A stretch of DNA of 32,000 nucleotides from an uncultured Actinomycetes bacterium (GCA_963843975.1 CAWJMG010000003.1:2250001-2282000), one strand, 5' to 3'. Numbered from the stretch's first letter, positions 1 to 9,739 are shown. The notes: generated from the letters alone by a model not told the origin. Translations and numbers: made by a program.

Positions 1-545
1 TCATCGCGGACGTCGACCCGCCACCGCTTGCCGCGCAGGAACGCCGCAGCATCGGCGATCACTGTCGAGGCGTCGCTCCCGGATACGACCTGGCGGTGCT
101 CGGGGAGCCGGGCGAGGTTGCGCGGCGCGGCCGGGGGCCGTGCGCGCATCGCCTTCCAGTGCAGGACCGAGCGCGGGATCACGCAGCCCGCGAGCGAGAT
201 GAACAGCAGCAGGTAGATCGCGGCGAACCACGGCGAGGCGAACACGTCGAAGAAGCCGAGGCGGTCCAGCCACACGCCCTTCGGGTCGTCCGCGAGGTAC
301 TGCGTGACCTTGACGGGGTCGGTGGCGCGCTGCGGGAAGACTGAGCCGGGCACCGACGCGACGGCGAGCAGGAACAGCAGCACGAGCGCCGTGCGCATGC
401 TCGTCAACGTGCGCCAGGCCCAGCGCAGCCACCCGACGACGCCGATGCCGACGGGTGCGCTGCCCTCGGTCTCGGCGGGCGCGGTCGACAGCCCCGCGCG
501 GGTGCCATCGGCGTCGCGCACGGCGTCGTCGACCTGGTCGCTCAC
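1..545 (-). CDS. resB: Cytochrome c biogenesis protein ResB/Ccs1 (System II), N-terminal fragment. The CDS continues past the left edge of the window.
   Basis: Absent from the ORF track because it has no stop inside the window. Manual minus-strand translation from GTG at 545 gives VSDQVDDAVRDADGTRAGLSTAPAETEGSAPVGIGVVGWLRWAWRTLTSMRTALVLLFLLAVASVPGSVFPQRATDPVKVTQYLADDPKGVWLDRLGFFDV. The GWLRWxWRxLTSMRTAL...PGSxxPQ block is the typical ResB N-terminus. There is a GTGA start/stop overlap with ccdA at 542-545, and the gene sits in the expected position after ccdA. Confidence 0.85.
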   Translation of the reverse strand, partial: MSDQVDDAVRDADGTRAGLSTAPAETEGSAPVGIGVVGWLRWAWRTLTSMRTALVLLFLLAVASVPGSVFPQRATDPVKVTQYLADDPKGVWLDRLGFFDVFASPWFAAIYLLLFISLAGCVIPRSVLHWKAMRARPPAAPRNLARLPEHRQVVSGSDASTVIADAAAFLRGKRWRVDVRD

Positions 546-1357
546 AGCCACACTCCGAAGTCGCCGGCCCACGAGCGCAGGCCGATCGTGAGGTCGTCCC
601 ACGTGCCGGTGACGAGCAGCAGGCCGATGGCGACCAGCATGGCCCCGCCGACGCGCATCACGACGACGCTGTGCCGACGGACCCAGCCGATCGCGCCGAG
701 CGCGCGGCGGAAGAGAAGGCCGACGAGCACGAACGGGAGCCCGAGGCCGAGGCAGTAGAAGACCGACAGCAGCGCGCCGCGAGCAGCGCTGGCCTCGGTG
801 AAGGCGAGGGTCTGCACGGCGCCGAGCGTGGGGCCGATGCACGGGGTCCAGCCGAGGCCGAACAGGACGCCGAGGAGCGGAGCGCCCCACAGGCCGACCC
901 TGGGCAACGAGTGCAGCCGCCACTCCCGCTGCATGCCCGGGATGACGCCGAGGAAGGACAGGCCGAGCACGACGACCACGACGCCGAGGACGCGCGTGAT
1001 CGGCTCCTGGTAGCGGAACAGCGCCTCGCCCAGGGCGCCGAAGGCGGCGCCGTACGCGACGAAGACGGCGGTGAACCCGAGAACGAACAGCAGCGACCCC
1101 AGCAGGACCCGGGTGCGGGTGGCGGGTGCCGACGGCGGTGCCTCGACGATGACGTCCGCGCCATCCTCGGTGCGGCGCTTCGCGGGGGCTTCGGACTCCC
1201 CTGCGAGCTCGGCGCCGGACAGCCCGGTGACGTACGAGAGGTAGCCGGGCACGAGCGGCAGCACGCACGGCGAGAGGAACGACACGACGCCGGCGGCGAA
1301 GGCCAGCGGCGCCGCGACGAGCAGCGAGCCGGAGACGACGGTGTCGGCGACGCTCAC
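542..1357 (-). CDS. ccdA: Cytochrome c biogenesis thiol-disulfide transfer membrane protein CcdA (DsbD-like)
   Basis: This is the C-terminal 271 aa of track ORF 542..1699. The start is trimmed to the in-frame GTG at 1357, which forms a GTGA overlap with the upstream stop at 1354-1356. The protein is polytopic and hydrophobic, with the two conserved Cys motifs FLSPCVLPLVPGYLSYV and GWTPCIGP. Confidence 0.9.
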   Translation of the reverse strand: MSVADTVVSGSLLVAAPLAFAAGVVSFLSPCVLPLVPGYLSYVTGLSGAELAGESEAPAKRRTEDGADVIVEAPPSAPATRTRVLLGSLLFVLGFTAVFVAYGAAFGALGEALFRYQEPITRVLGVVVVVLGLSFLGVIPGMQREWRLHSLPRVGLWGAPLLGVLFGLGWTPCIGPTLGAVQTLAFTEASAARGALLSVFYCLGLGLPFVLVGLLFRRALGAIGWVRRHSVVVMRVGGAMLVAIGLLLVTGTWDDLTIGLRSWAGDFGVWL

Positions 1358-1950
1358 GACGTCTCCGCCAGGACCGGCTCGATCATGCCGAGGAGCCGGG
1401 AGCGGTCGACGGCACCGAGGGCGCGCGCGGCGACCCTGCCCTCGCGGTCGAGCACGAGCGTGGTCGGGATGGCCGACGGCGGCAGCTGGCCGTGGAAGGC
1501 GAGCACGAGGGAGTTGTCGCCGTCGAACATCGAGGGGTAGGACACCTCGAACTTGCGGCTGAACGCCTTCGCGTTGTCGATCGAGTCCTTGCCGCCGGAC
1601 ACGATGCCGACGAACTCCACGCCCTTGGCCTTGGTCTCGGCGTACGTCGACTCCAGCACCCCGGCCTCGGCGCGGCAGGGCGAGCACCACGACGCCCACA
1701 GGTTCACCACGACGACCTTGCCGCGGTACGACGAGACGTCGAGCGTCGCGCCGTCCAGCGTCGTGCCGACGAGCACCGGCGCCGCCTCGCGCTCGGCCGC
1801 CGGGAGGAGCACGGTCGACCCGTCGCCGGCGACGTAGCGGGTGGAGCCGTCGACCGAGCCGGAGGTGGCCGAGCAGCCCGCGAGGAGCACCGCGGCAGCC
1901 GCGAGCGCAACGACGCCCGCGAGACGGCGGGCCCGGCGTCCGGCGGTCAC
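1354..1950 (-). CDS. TlpA/ResA-like thiol-disulfide oxidoreductase, predicted lipoprotein
   Basis: This is the C-terminal 198 aa of track ORF 1354..2760. The start is GTG at 1950, preceded by GGAG 8 nt upstream. It has a signal peptide with lipobox LLAGCS and the thioredoxin-fold motif NLWASWCSPC. Confidence 0.85.
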   Translation of the reverse strand: MTAGRRARRLAGVVALAAAAVLLAGCSATSGSVDGSTRYVAGDGSTVLLPAAEREAAPVLVGTTLDGATLDVSSYRGKVVVVNLWASWCSPCRAEAGVLESTYAETKAKGVEFVGIVSGGKDSIDNAKAFSRKFEVSYPSMFDGDNSLVLAFHGQLPPSAIPTTLVLDREGRVAARALGAVDRSRLLGMIEPVLAETS

Positions 1951-2063
1951 GGCGGCTGCTCCTCGGGTGGTCGTGGTGATCGTGCTGGTCGGGGCTGGCG
2001 CAGTGTGGACGTGCCGCACGGCCCGGGGGTTTCCGCCGGGCCGGGCGACTGGGTCACATGTGC

Positions 2064-2717
2064 TCAGGCGCCCTTGGCCTGGGTGGCCGACTTCCCGGCC
2101 TTGCGGACGAGGTCCGCCGACGGCTCGGTGTAGGTGATGGCGACGAGCTTGTCGTCGTCGAAGGTGAGCGACGTGAGGCTCGCCAGCCCGCACTGGCGCT
2201 TGCGCGGGTCGTGCACGAAGCGGCGCTGCTCTGCGTCGAGGCGGGCGATCCACACCGGGAGCTGGTGGCTCACGAGGACGGCCTCGTGGCCGCGCGCAGC
2301 GGTGCGGGCGGCCGAGACCGCCGCACGCATCCGGCCCGCGAGCTCGACGTACGGCTCGCCCCAGCTGGGCGTGAACGGGTTGTAGAGGTGCCGCCAGGCC
2401 TTGGGGTTCTTGAGGACGCCGTCGCCGACGCCGATGCGCTGGCCCTCGAAGACGTTGTCGGCCTCGATGATGCGGTCGTCGATCGAGACGCGCAGCCCGT
2501 GCCTGGCCGCGACGGGCGCCGCGGTCTGCTGGGCCCGCTCGAGCGGCGAGGAGACGACATGCGTGATGTCGCGGCCGGCGAGGGCCTCGGCAGCGCGCTC
2601 GGCCATCTGCTCGCCGAGGTCGGAGAGCTTGAAGCCCGGGAGCCTGCCGTAGAGCACGCCCTCGGGGTTGTGGACCTCGCCGTGGCGCAGCAGGTGGACG
2701 ACGGTACGCGTGCTCAC
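2064..2717 (-). CDS. Histidine phosphatase family protein (phosphoglycerate-mutase-like)
   Basis: This is the C-terminal 217 aa of track ORF 2064..3107. The start is GTG at 2717, in a GTGA overlap with the hemL stop at 2714-2716. It has the N-terminal catalytic motif [10 protein letters not shown] (RHG). Its position between hemL and the ResA-like gene matches other actinobacteria. Confidence 0.85.
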   Translation of the reverse strand: MSTRTVVHLLRHGEVHNPEGVLYGRLPGFKLSDLGEQMAERAAEALAGRDITHVVSSPLERAQQTAAPVAARHGLRVSIDDRIIEADNVFEGQRIGVGDGVLKNPKAWRHLYNPFTPSWGEPYVELAGRMRAAVSAARTAARGHEAVLVSHQLPVWIARLDAEQRRFVHDPRKRQCGLASLTSLTFDDDKLVAITYTEPSADLVRKAGKSATQAKGA

Positions 2718-4063
2718 GCGAACTCCTTCGCGACGTCGGGATGGGCCGATGCAGCCGCACGGGCGGCGTACGGAAGTGCGTCGACGAGCCGGTCGAGCGC
2801 GGCGTCGTCGTGCGAGGCCGAGACGAACCAGGCCTCGAACGCGCTCGGCGGCAGGTAGATCCCGCGGTCGAGCATGGCGTGGAAGAACGCGGCGTAGCGC
2901 CACGACTCCTGGGAGCGCGCCTCGTCGTAGTCCTTCGGGCGCGTGCTCATGAAGAACACCGAGAACAGGTTGCCGGCGGTGGCGAGGGAGTGCTCGACGC
3001 CCTCGGAGGCCAGCGCCTCGGACACGAGCGAGCCGACCTTGGCGGCGGTCGCGTCGAGGTGGGTGTAGACGTCGGGGGTGCACTGCGCCAGGGTCGCGAG
3101 ACCGCACGCGGCGGCGACGGGGTTACCCGCGAGAGTTCCGGCCTGGTAGACCGGCCCGGCCGGCGCGAGACGCGACATGACGTCGGCGCGGCCGCCGAAC
3201 GCCGCAGCCGGGAGGCCGCCGCCCATGACCTTGCCGAAGGTGACGAGGTCGGGCTTCCAGGTGGGGTCCTCGCGGGCCTCGAGCTCGAGCCATCCGCCGC
3301 GGGCGACGCGGAAGCCCGTCATGACCTCGTCGACGACGAAGAGCGCGCCGTGGGCCTGGGCGATCCGCGCGAGCGCCGCGTTGAAGCCCGGCTTCGGTGC
3401 GACGACGCCCATGTTGGCCGCGGCCGCCTCCGTGATGACGGCGGCGATGTCGTCGCCGTGCGCCGCGAACGCGGCCTCGACGGCACTGATGTCGTTGTAG
3501 GGCAGGACGATCGTCTCGTGCGCCTGGGCCCCCGTGACGCCGGGAGTGTCAGGCAGCGCGAACGTGGCGATGCCCGATCCGGCGGCGGCGAGGAGCGAGT
3601 CGACGTGGCCGTGGTAGCAGCCGGCGAACTTCACGACCTTGGTGCGGCCGGTGAAGCCGCGCGCCAGACGGATGGCCGACATCGTCGCCTCGGTGCCGCT
3701 GCTGACGAGACGCACCTGCTCGACGGCGTCGACGCGGCCCACGATCTCCTCGGCGAGGAGCACCTCGCCCTCACCCGGCGTGCCGAACGAGAAGCCGCGG
3801 GTGGCAGCGTCCTGGATCGCCTGCACCACGGCCGGGTGCGCGTGGCCGAGGACCATCGGACCCCAGGAGCAGACGAGGTCGAGGTACTCGCGGCCGTCGA
3901 CGTCGGTGATGAACGGGCCGCGGCCGCTCGCCATGAACCGCGGCGTGCCGCCGACGGCCCGGAACGCGCGCACCGGGGAGTTCACGCCACCCGGCGTCAC
4001 CTCGCGGCCGCGCGCGAACAGCGCCTGCGACCGCGGTGCCTCGTCTGCGTACGGGGTGCTCAT
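2714..4063 (-). CDS. hemL: Glutamate-1-semialdehyde 2,1-aminomutase
   Basis: Track ORF of 449 aa. The N-terminus ([32 protein letters not shown]) and overall class-III aminotransferase pattern are unmistakably HemL. There is an ATGA overlap with the hemB stop at 4060-4063. Confidence 0.97.
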   Translation of the reverse strand: MSTPYADEAPRSQALFARGREVTPGGVNSPVRAFRAVGGTPRFMASGRGPFITDVDGREYLDLVCSWGPMVLGHAHPAVVQAIQDAATRGFSFGTPGEGEVLLAEEIVGRVDAVEQVRLVSSGTEATMSAIRLARGFTGRTKVVKFAGCYHGHVDSLLAAAGSGIATFALPDTPGVTGAQAHETIVLPYNDISAVEAAFAAHGDDIAAVITEAAAANMGVVAPKPGFNAALARIAQAHGALFVVDEVMTGFRVARGGWLELEAREDPTWKPDLVTFGKVMGGGLPAAAFGGRADVMSRLAPAGPVYQAGTLAGNPVAAACGLATLAQCTPDVYTHLDATAAKVGSLVSEALASEGVEHSLATAGNLFSVFFMSTRPKDYDEARSQESWRYAAFFHAMLDRGIYLPPSAFEAWFVSASHDDAALDRLVDALPYAARAAASAHPDVAKEFA

Positions 4064-5046
4064 GCGCGTCCCTCCGCGATCCAGCGGGCGACCTCGGCCG
4101 CCCAGTACGTCAGCACGATGTCCGCACCGGCACGGTGGATCGAGGTGATCGACTCGGCGATCGCGCGGTCGCGGTCGATCCAGCCGCGCTGCGCGGCCGC
4201 CTCGACCATCGCGTACTCGCCGCTCACCTGGTACGCCGCCACGGGGACGTCGACGAGGTCGGCGACCTCGCGCAGCACGTCGAGGTACAGGCTCGCAGGC
4301 TTCACCATGACGAGGTCGGCGCCCTCCTCGACGTCGAGGCGAAGCTCGCGCATCGACTCGCGGCGGTTGGCCGGGTCCTGCTGGTAGGTGCGGCGGTCGC
4401 CCTGCAGCTGGCTGTCGACGGCTTCGCGGAACGGTCCGTACAGCGCCGAGGCGTACTTCGCCGCGTACGCGAGGACGAGGACGTCCTTCTGCGACACCTC
4501 GTCGAGCGCGGACCGCACGACGCCGACCTGGCCGTCCATCATCCCGCTCGTGCCGACGACGTCGGCCCCGGCGTCGGCCAGGGCCATGGCCATCTCGGCG
4601 TACCGGACGAGCGTGGCGTCGTTGTCGACGGCGCCGTCCTTGTCGAGGACGCCGCAGTGGCCGTGGTCGGTGAACTCGTCGAGGCAGAGGTCTGCCATGA
4701 CGACGAGCGAGTCGCCGACCTCGGACCGGACATCGGCGACGGCGACGTTGAGGATCCCCTCGGGGTCGGTCGCCGCACTGCCGACGGCGTCGCGCACCGC
4801 GGGGACGGCGAAGAGCATCACGCCGCCGAGCCCGAGGTAGGCGGCCTCGGCCGCCGCCGCGCGCAGCGAGTCACGGCTGTGCTGGACCACGCCGGGGAGC
4901 GACGAGATCGCCGCCGGCTCGTCGAGACCCTCGCGCACGAACAGGGGCAGCACGAGCCCGGCCGGGTGCAGCCGCGTCTCCGCGACCAGCCGGCGCAGGG
5001 CAGGTGTTCGCCGCAGACGGCGCGGGCGCTCGACGGGGAAGCCCAC
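4060..5046 (-). CDS. hemB: Porphobilinogen synthase (delta-aminolevulinic acid dehydratase)
   Basis: Track ORF of 328 aa. It has the N-terminal [18 protein letters not shown] motif, the metal-site block [14 protein letters not shown] and the C-terminal YQVSGEYAM active-site region. Confidence 0.97.
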   Translation of the reverse strand: MGFPVERPRRLRRTPALRRLVAETRLHPAGLVLPLFVREGLDEPAAISSLPGVVQHSRDSLRAAAAEAAYLGLGGVMLFAVPAVRDAVGSAATDPEGILNVAVADVRSEVGDSLVVMADLCLDEFTDHGHCGVLDKDGAVDNDATLVRYAEMAMALADAGADVVGTSGMMDGQVGVVRSALDEVSQKDVLVLAYAAKYASALYGPFREAVDSQLQGDRRTYQQDPANRRESMRELRLDVEEGADLVMVKPASLYLDVLREVADLVDVPVAAYQVSGEYAMVEAAAQRGWIDRDRAIAESITSIHRAGADIVLTYWAAEVARWIAEGRA

Positions 5047-5048
5047 CG

Positions 5049-6662
5049 TCAGGTCGCCTTACGGCGGGCAGCCCCGCGACGCTTGCTCGGGCGCCACACC
5101 TGCTCGCCCTGCTCGAGGGCCGCGAGGCGCAGGGCGTCGCCGTGCGCCGCAAGGGCGTCGGCGAGCGCCACGACCGACGGCGTCTCGGCGAGGACGTCGA
5201 CGCGCAGGCCGTGCTCCTCGGCGGTCTTGGCCGTGGCCGGGCCGATGCACGCGACGACGGTCGAGGTGTGCGGCTTGCCGGCGATGCCGACCAGGTTGCG
5301 CACGGTGCTCGACGACGTGAAGAGCACGGCGTCGAAGCCGCCGGTCTTGATCGCCTCGCGCGTCTCGGCCGCCGGGGGCGCCGCACGGACCGTGCGGTAC
5401 GCCGTGACGTCCTCGATCTCCCAGCCGAGCTCGACGAGGCCGGCGACGAGGGTGTCGGTGGCGATGTCGGCGCGCGGCAGGAAGACGCGGTTGATCGGGT
5501 CGAAGATCGGGTCGAACTCGGGGAAGTCCTCGAGGAGGCCGACGCTGCTCTGCTCGCCGCTCGGGACGAGGTCGGGGCGCACGCCGAACGCGATGAGCGA
5601 CGCCGCGGTCTGGTCGCCGACAGCGGCGACCTTGAGGCCGGCGAACGCGCGGGCGTCGAGGCCGTACTCCTCGAACTTCTCGCGCACGGCCTTCACGGCG
5701 TTGGCGCTCGTGAACACGACCCACTGGAAGCGGCCGGACACGAGACCCGTGATGGCTCGCTCCATCTGCTGCGGGGTGCGCGGCGGCTCGACCGAGATGG
5801 TCGGCACCTCGACGCCGACGGCGCCGAAGCGGGTCAGCTGCTGGCTGAGGGCGCCGGCCTGCTCGCGCGTGCGCGGCACGAGGACGCGCCAGCCGAACAG
5901 CGGCTTGGTCTCGAACCAGGAGAGCTTGTCGCGGTGCGCGACGGTGTCGCCGACGACGACGAGACCAGGGCCGGCCTGCTTGGCGGCCTTCACCGCAGCG
6001 GGCAGCTCGGCGAGGGTCGACGTGATCGTGCGCTGCTCGACCGTGGTGCCGCCGCGGGTGACGGCGACCGGCGTCGACTCGGCGCGACCGCCCTGCACGA
6101 GGGCTCGGGCGACCTCGGCGGCGCGGTCGGCGCCGTTGAGGACGACGACGGTGATGCGCGGGTCGGAGTGCGCGGCCCAGTCGACGGCCGGGTCGTCGGC
6201 GTCGACGACGTGCACCTCGCGCTGCTTGCCGCCGAGGAGCCCGACGCCGGCGTACGCCGGGATGCCGGTGAGCGTGGAGACGCCGGGGGCGACGTCGAAC
6301 GGCACCTTCGCCTTGGCGAGCGCGCCGGCCTCGGTGAGGAGCGCGCCGTCGAGCAGCGGGTCGCCGGAGAACAGGCGGACCACGGCCTGCCCGGCCTTCG
6401 CGGCGTCGGCCACGACCTTCGCCCGCGCGGCGTGCGAGAGCGGCAGGCCGTCCTCGTCGAGCGCGGCGCTCACCTCTGCCTCGACGCCCGCGAGCGTGCG
6501 CGCGAGGTCGAGGACGTCGGCGTCCGCGAGCACGACGTCCGCCTCGCGCAGCAGCGCAGCAGCGCGCAGCGTGAGCAGGTCGGGGTCGCCGGGGCCGACC
6601 GCCACGAGGGCGATGGAGCCGAAAGGCTTCTTGGTCTTGCTGCGGTTGGAGGTGCCGCTCAT
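5049..6662 (-). CDS. hemD: Bifunctional uroporphyrinogen-III C-methyltransferase / uroporphyrinogen-III synthase (CobA-HemD fusion)
   Basis: This is the inner 537 aa of track ORF 5049..6992. The start is ATG at 6662, in an ATGA overlap with the hemC stop at 6659-6661. The N-terminal half carries the SUMT motif ([31 protein letters not shown]). The C-terminal half is HemD-like ([13 protein letters not shown]...VVFTSANAV). Confidence 0.9.
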   Translation of the reverse strand: MSGTSNRSKTKKPFGSIALVAVGPGDPDLLTLRAAALLREADVVLADADVLDLARTLAGVEAEVSAALDEDGLPLSHAARAKVVADAAKAGQAVVRLFSGDPLLDGALLTEAGALAKAKVPFDVAPGVSTLTGIPAYAGVGLLGGKQREVHVVDADDPAVDWAAHSDPRITVVVLNGADRAAEVARALVQGGRAESTPVAVTRGGTTVEQRTITSTLAELPAAVKAAKQAGPGLVVVGDTVAHRDKLSWFETKPLFGWRVLVPRTREQAGALSQQLTRFGAVGVEVPTISVEPPRTPQQMERAITGLVSGRFQWVVFTSANAVKAVREKFEEYGLDARAFAGLKVAAVGDQTAASLIAFGVRPDLVPSGEQSSVGLLEDFPEFDPIFDPINRVFLPRADIATDTLVAGLVELGWEIEDVTAYRTVRAAPPAAETREAIKTGGFDAVLFTSSSTVRNLVGIAGKPHTSTVVACIGPATAKTAEEHGLRVDVLAETPSVVALADALAAHGDALRLAALEQGEQVWRPSKRRGAARRKAT

Positions 6663-7594
6663 GCGCGTGTTCCGTTCCCGAGACCGGGCGCCCCGGCGGC
6701 GAGGAGGTCGGCGGCCAGCGATCGGCCCACCTGCTCCGCGTCGCCGGCAGCGCCGGTGACCGACTTCCGCACCTGGACCTGGCCGTCGTCGCTGACGACC
6801 GCACCGGTCAGGTGCACGACCGCCTCGCCGTCGTCGCTCGACACGGTCGCGTGGGCGCCGACTGGCGCCGAGCAACCGGCCTCGAGGGCGGCGAGGAGGG
6901 AGCGCTCCGCGGTGACGGCGACGCGGGTCGCGTCGTCGTCGAGGTCGCGGAGCGCGTCGAGCAGCGCGGCGTCGTCCTCGACGTCGCGGCACTCGACCGC
7001 CAACGCACCCTGACCGGGTGCGGGCAGCATCTGGGCGGTCTCGATGACCTCGGTGACCGCGTCGAGGCGGTCGAGCCGGGCGAGACCTGCATGGGCGAGC
7101 ACGACGGCGTCGAGGTCGCCCTCGGCGACCTTGCGCAGCCGGGTGTCGACGTTGCCGCGGACGGGCACGACGTCGAGGTCGGGACGCAGCGCGCGCAGCT
7201 GGGCAGCGCGCCGCGGGGAGCCGGTGCCGACGGTGGCACCGACTGGCAGGGTGGCGACGGTGCCGCCGTCGCGCGCGACGAGCACGTCGCGCGCGTCCTC
7301 GCGCGGAGGGATCGCCGCGAGGCGCAGACCCTGGGCCGGACCGGTCGGCAGGTCCTTGAGCGAGTGGACGGCGACGTCCGCGTCGCCGCGCAGCACGGCG
7401 TCGCGCACAGCGCTGACGAACACGCCCACGCCTCCGAAGGACGCGAGCGGCGTCGTCTGGTCGAGGTCGCCGCGGGTGCTCACCTCGACGAGGACGACGT
7501 CGCGGTCGAGGCGCTCGCGCAGGGCGTCGGCCACGAGGCCCGACTGGGTGCGGGCGAGCAGGCTCGCACGGGTCGCGACCCGCACCGCCGTCAT
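6659..7594 (-). CDS. hemC: Hydroxymethylbilane synthase (porphobilinogen deaminase)
   Basis: This is the C-terminal 311 aa of track ORF 6659..8800. The start is ATG at 7594, in an ATGA overlap with the hemA stop at 7591-7593. Motifs present: RVATRASLLARTQS, HSLKDLP, GTGSPRRAAQL, RGNVDTRL. Confidence 0.95.
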   Translation of the reverse strand: MTAVRVATRASLLARTQSGLVADALRERLDRDVVLVEVSTRGDLDQTTPLASFGGVGVFVSAVRDAVLRGDADVAVHSLKDLPTGPAQGLRLAAIPPREDARDVLVARDGGTVATLPVGATVGTGSPRRAAQLRALRPDLDVVPVRGNVDTRLRKVAEGDLDAVVLAHAGLARLDRLDAVTEVIETAQMLPAPGQGALAVECRDVEDDAALLDALRDLDDDATRVAVTAERSLLAALEAGCSAPVGAHATVSSDDGEAVVHLTGAVVSDDGQVQVRKSVTGAAGDAEQVGRSLAADLLAAGAPGLGNGTRA

Positions 7595-8946
7595 GACGTG
7601 CCCCCGAGGAGGTCGTCGATGCCGGCTCCGGCCTCGGTGGCGAAGGAGGTCTCGGCGCCCTCGGCTGCGGTGACGGCCGAGATCGCCTCGGGGTCCAGGT
7701 CGAACAGCCGGTGCAGCGTCGTGGCGTAGCGGGCGCCGTCCGGGTCGGCCGCGAGCTCCTTCATGCGGACGGTCGGGCGGTGCAGCAGCGTGGAGACCGT
7801 GCGGCGCAAGGTGCGCGCCACCTCGTCGAGCTCGGTCTCGGACAGGCCGGGCAGCTTGATCCGAAGCCGGTCGAGCTCGGCCTCGACGACCTGGTCGGCG
7901 TGGCTGCGCAGGCTGACGACGATGGGCTCGACGCGCTGCGCCGCGATGGCGGCGAGGTGCGCGCGGACCTCGTCGACGACGATCGCGCGGGCGAGCTCGA
8001 CGTCGCGCTCGGGGGCGTGCGCCTCGGGGACGTCGACCAGCGACGCGATGTCGATGCGCGTGACGCCGGGCAGCGAGGCGATCGACTCCTCGGTGTCGTG
8101 CGGAAGCGCGAGGTCGACCACGGCCAGCGGGCGGTCCACGCCCGCGCGCGCGGCGACGAGGGCATCCGTGGTCAGGACGAGGCCGGTGGAGCCGGTGCAG
8201 CTGACGATCACGTCGACGTCGGCGAGGGAGCCGACGACGTCCTCGATGCGGACCGCGCGGCCGCCGACCTGCTCCGCGAGGTGCTCGCCGCGCTCGAAGG
8301 TGCGGTTGGCGACGACGATCTCGCCGATGCCCTCCCTCTGGAGCGTCGCGGCCGCGAGGCCGCTCATCGCGCCGGCTCCGACCACGAGGGCACGACGTCC
8401 GACGAGGGAGCCGCCCAGCGCGTCCGCCGCGAGGTGCAGCGCCACGCTGACGACGCTGGCGCCCGCGCGGTCGATGCCGGTGTCGTGGTGCACGCGCTTG
8501 CCGACGCGCAGCGCCGCCTGGGCGAGGTCGTTGAGGCTGCGCCCCACTGTGGCGAGGTCCTGCCCGGTGCGCAGCGCACTGCGCACCTGGCCGAGGATCT
8601 GCTGCTCGCCGACGACCATGGAGTCGAGCCCCGCGGCCACCTCGAACATGTGCTGGACGGCGCGGTCCTCGTAGCGCACGTACAGGTGGGGCGTGAGCTC
8701 GTCGCGGTCGACGCCCGTGGCCTTGGCGAGGGTGTCGGTGACGTCGAGGACGCCGCCGTGGAACTTGCTGACCTCGGTGTAGATCTCGACGCGGTTGCAC
8801 GTCGAGAGCACGAGCGACTCGGCCACGTGCGTCGAGGCGAGGAGGTCGACCTGCAGCCGTTCGGCCGCACCCTCGACGAGCGCGACCTTGTCCAGGAGCG
8901 CGACCGGCGCGGTGCGGTGGCTGACACCGACGACGAGGAGGGTCAT
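7591..8946 (-). CDS. hemA: Glutamyl-tRNA reductase
   Basis: This is the C-terminal 451 aa of track ORF 7591..9111. The start is ATG at 8946, in an ATGA overlap with the rex stop at 8943-8945. It has the N-terminus MTLLVVGVSHRTAPVALLDKVAL, the catalytic LSTCNRVEIY motif and the NADPH-binding VVGAGAMSGLAA motif. Confidence 0.95.
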   Translation of the reverse strand: MTLLVVGVSHRTAPVALLDKVALVEGAAERLQVDLLASTHVAESLVLSTCNRVEIYTEVSKFHGGVLDVTDTLAKATGVDRDELTPHLYVRYEDRAVQHMFEVAAGLDSMVVGEQQILGQVRSALRTGQDLATVGRSLNDLAQAALRVGKRVHHDTGIDRAGASVVSVALHLAADALGGSLVGRRALVVGAGAMSGLAAATLQREGIGEIVVANRTFERGEHLAEQVGGRAVRIEDVVGSLADVDVIVSCTGSTGLVLTTDALVAARAGVDRPLAVVDLALPHDTEESIASLPGVTRIDIASLVDVPEAHAPERDVELARAIVVDEVRAHLAAIAAQRVEPIVVSLRSHADQVVEAELDRLRIKLPGLSETELDEVARTLRRTVSTLLHRPTVRMKELAADPDGARYATTLHRLFDLDPEAISAVTAAEGAETSFATEAGAGIDDLLGGTS

Positions 8947-9635
8947 GCGCCCAGCTCCGGTCGGGCGACGCGACGCTGCTCGTGGAAGGCCAGGATCTGC
9001 AGCTCGGTGGCGAGGTCGACCTTGCGCACGCCGACGTGGTCGGGCGTGGTGAGGACGACCGGCGCGAAGTTCAGGATGCTCGTGACGCCCGCCGCGACGA
9101 GGCGGTCGCACACGGCCTGCGCCGCGGGTGCGGGAGTCGCGATGACGCCGATGCAGGCCTCGCCCTCGACGACGACGTCCTCGAGGTCGAGCAGCGGCCG
9201 CACCTCGATGGGCCCGCCTCCGGGGCCGGCCGGGATCTTCTCGCCGACGCGGCGCGGGTCGGCGTCGACGAGGCCGACGACGCGGAAGCCGCGCGACGCG
9301 AAGCCGCCGTAGTTGGCGAGGGCGTGCCCGAGGTTGCCGACGCCGACGATGACGACGGGCCAGTCCTGGGTCAGGCCGAGCTCGCGGGCGATCTGGTAGA
9401 CGAGGTACTCGGTGTCGTAGCCGACGCCGCGGGTGCCGTACGAGCCGAGGTGGCTGAGGTCCTTGCGGAGCTTGGCGCTCGTGACGCCGCTCGCGGCCGC
9501 GAGCTCCTCGCTCGACACCGTCGCCACACCGCGCTCGACGAGGTGCGCGAGGACGCGGTGGTAGATCGGGAGCCGGGCCACCGTCGCGTCCGGGATGCCG
9601 CGGCGCGACGCAGCGGTCGCGCGTGGGAGCGGCAC
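8943..9635 (-). CDS. rex: Redox-sensing transcriptional repressor Rex (NADH/NAD+ sensor)
   Basis: From track ORF 8943..9737. The sequence RGIPDATVARLPIYHRVL...SSEELAAASGVTSAKLRKDLSHLGSYGTRGVGYD...VVIVGVGNLGHALANY...NFAP...ELQILAFHEQR is nearly collinear with Streptomyces Rex as I recall it. I trimmed the start to GTG at 9635 for three reasons. The upstream alternative at 9737 lies inside the predicted promoter/operator. The trimmed N-terminal length then matches S. coelicolor Rex. A GGGGTGA sequence lies 6-12 nt upstream. The start remains uncertain and 9737 is the alternative. Confidence 0.9.
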   Translation of the reverse strand: MPLPRATAASRRGIPDATVARLPIYHRVLAHLVERGVATVSSEELAAASGVTSAKLRKDLSHLGSYGTRGVGYDTEYLVYQIARELGLTQDWPVVIVGVGNLGHALANYGGFASRGFRVVGLVDADPRRVGEKIPAGPGGGPIEVRPLLDLEDVVVEGEACIGVIATPAPAAQAVCDRLVAAGVTSILNFAPVVLTTPDHVGVRKVDLATELQILAFHEQRRVARPELGA

Positions 9636-9710
9636 AGCTTCACCCCGGGAGTTCGGTGGCCTCCCGCCGGGCCGGCAAAGGTCCGGTCGTCTCAGCGGGT
9701 GGGCGTTGTC

Positions 9711-9739
9711 AGAGTAAGTACTCGTGAACGAACGCACAA
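9711..9739 (-). promoter_or_regulatory. Candidate sigma-70-type promoter for rex: -35 TTGTGC, 17-nt spacer, -10 TACTCT
   Basis: Minus-strand reading of 9739..9711 is TTGTGC-GTTCGTTCACGAGTACT-TACTCT. The -10 fits the actinobacterial TANNNT pattern. The element overlaps the proximal Rex-operator-like site. This is prediction from sequence only. Confidence 0.35.
9722..9739. promoter_or_regulatory. Rex operator (ROP)-like inverted repeat, proximal site
   Basis: The minus-strand reading is TTGTGCG-TTCG-TTCACGA. The S. coelicolor ROP consensus is TTGTGAA-N4-TTCACAA. By hand alignment 11 of 14 half-site positions match. The site lies about 90 nt upstream of the rex GTG at 9635. Confidence 0.45.

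Noticed and set aside
1-432. A 143-aa minus-strand track ORF at the left edge.
   Set aside because: It has off-frame Arg/Pro/Ala composition. The neighbouring frame encodes a textbook ResB N-terminus starting at 545.
2020-2042. A hairpin GGCCCGG-N9-CCGGGCC in the only sizeable gap (1951-2063) of the rex-to-resB string, considered as an internal terminator.
   Set aside because: It has only a 7-bp stem and no U tract, and it is indistinguishable from random GC-rich pairing. I kept it as a caveat for the operon hypothesis rather than calling it a feature.
4036-6759. A 907-aa plus-strand ORF, the longest complete ORF on that strand. Similar long plus-strand ORFs lie at 5004..7013, 2741..4387 and 7711..9312.
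   Set aside because: They lie antisense to unmistakable hemB, hemD, hemL, hemC and hemA genes. In a GC3-saturated genome the antisense frames are almost free of T-initial stop codons, so long ORFs arise by chance. Their products are Arg/Ala/Gly/Asp low-complexity strings with no recognisable motifs.
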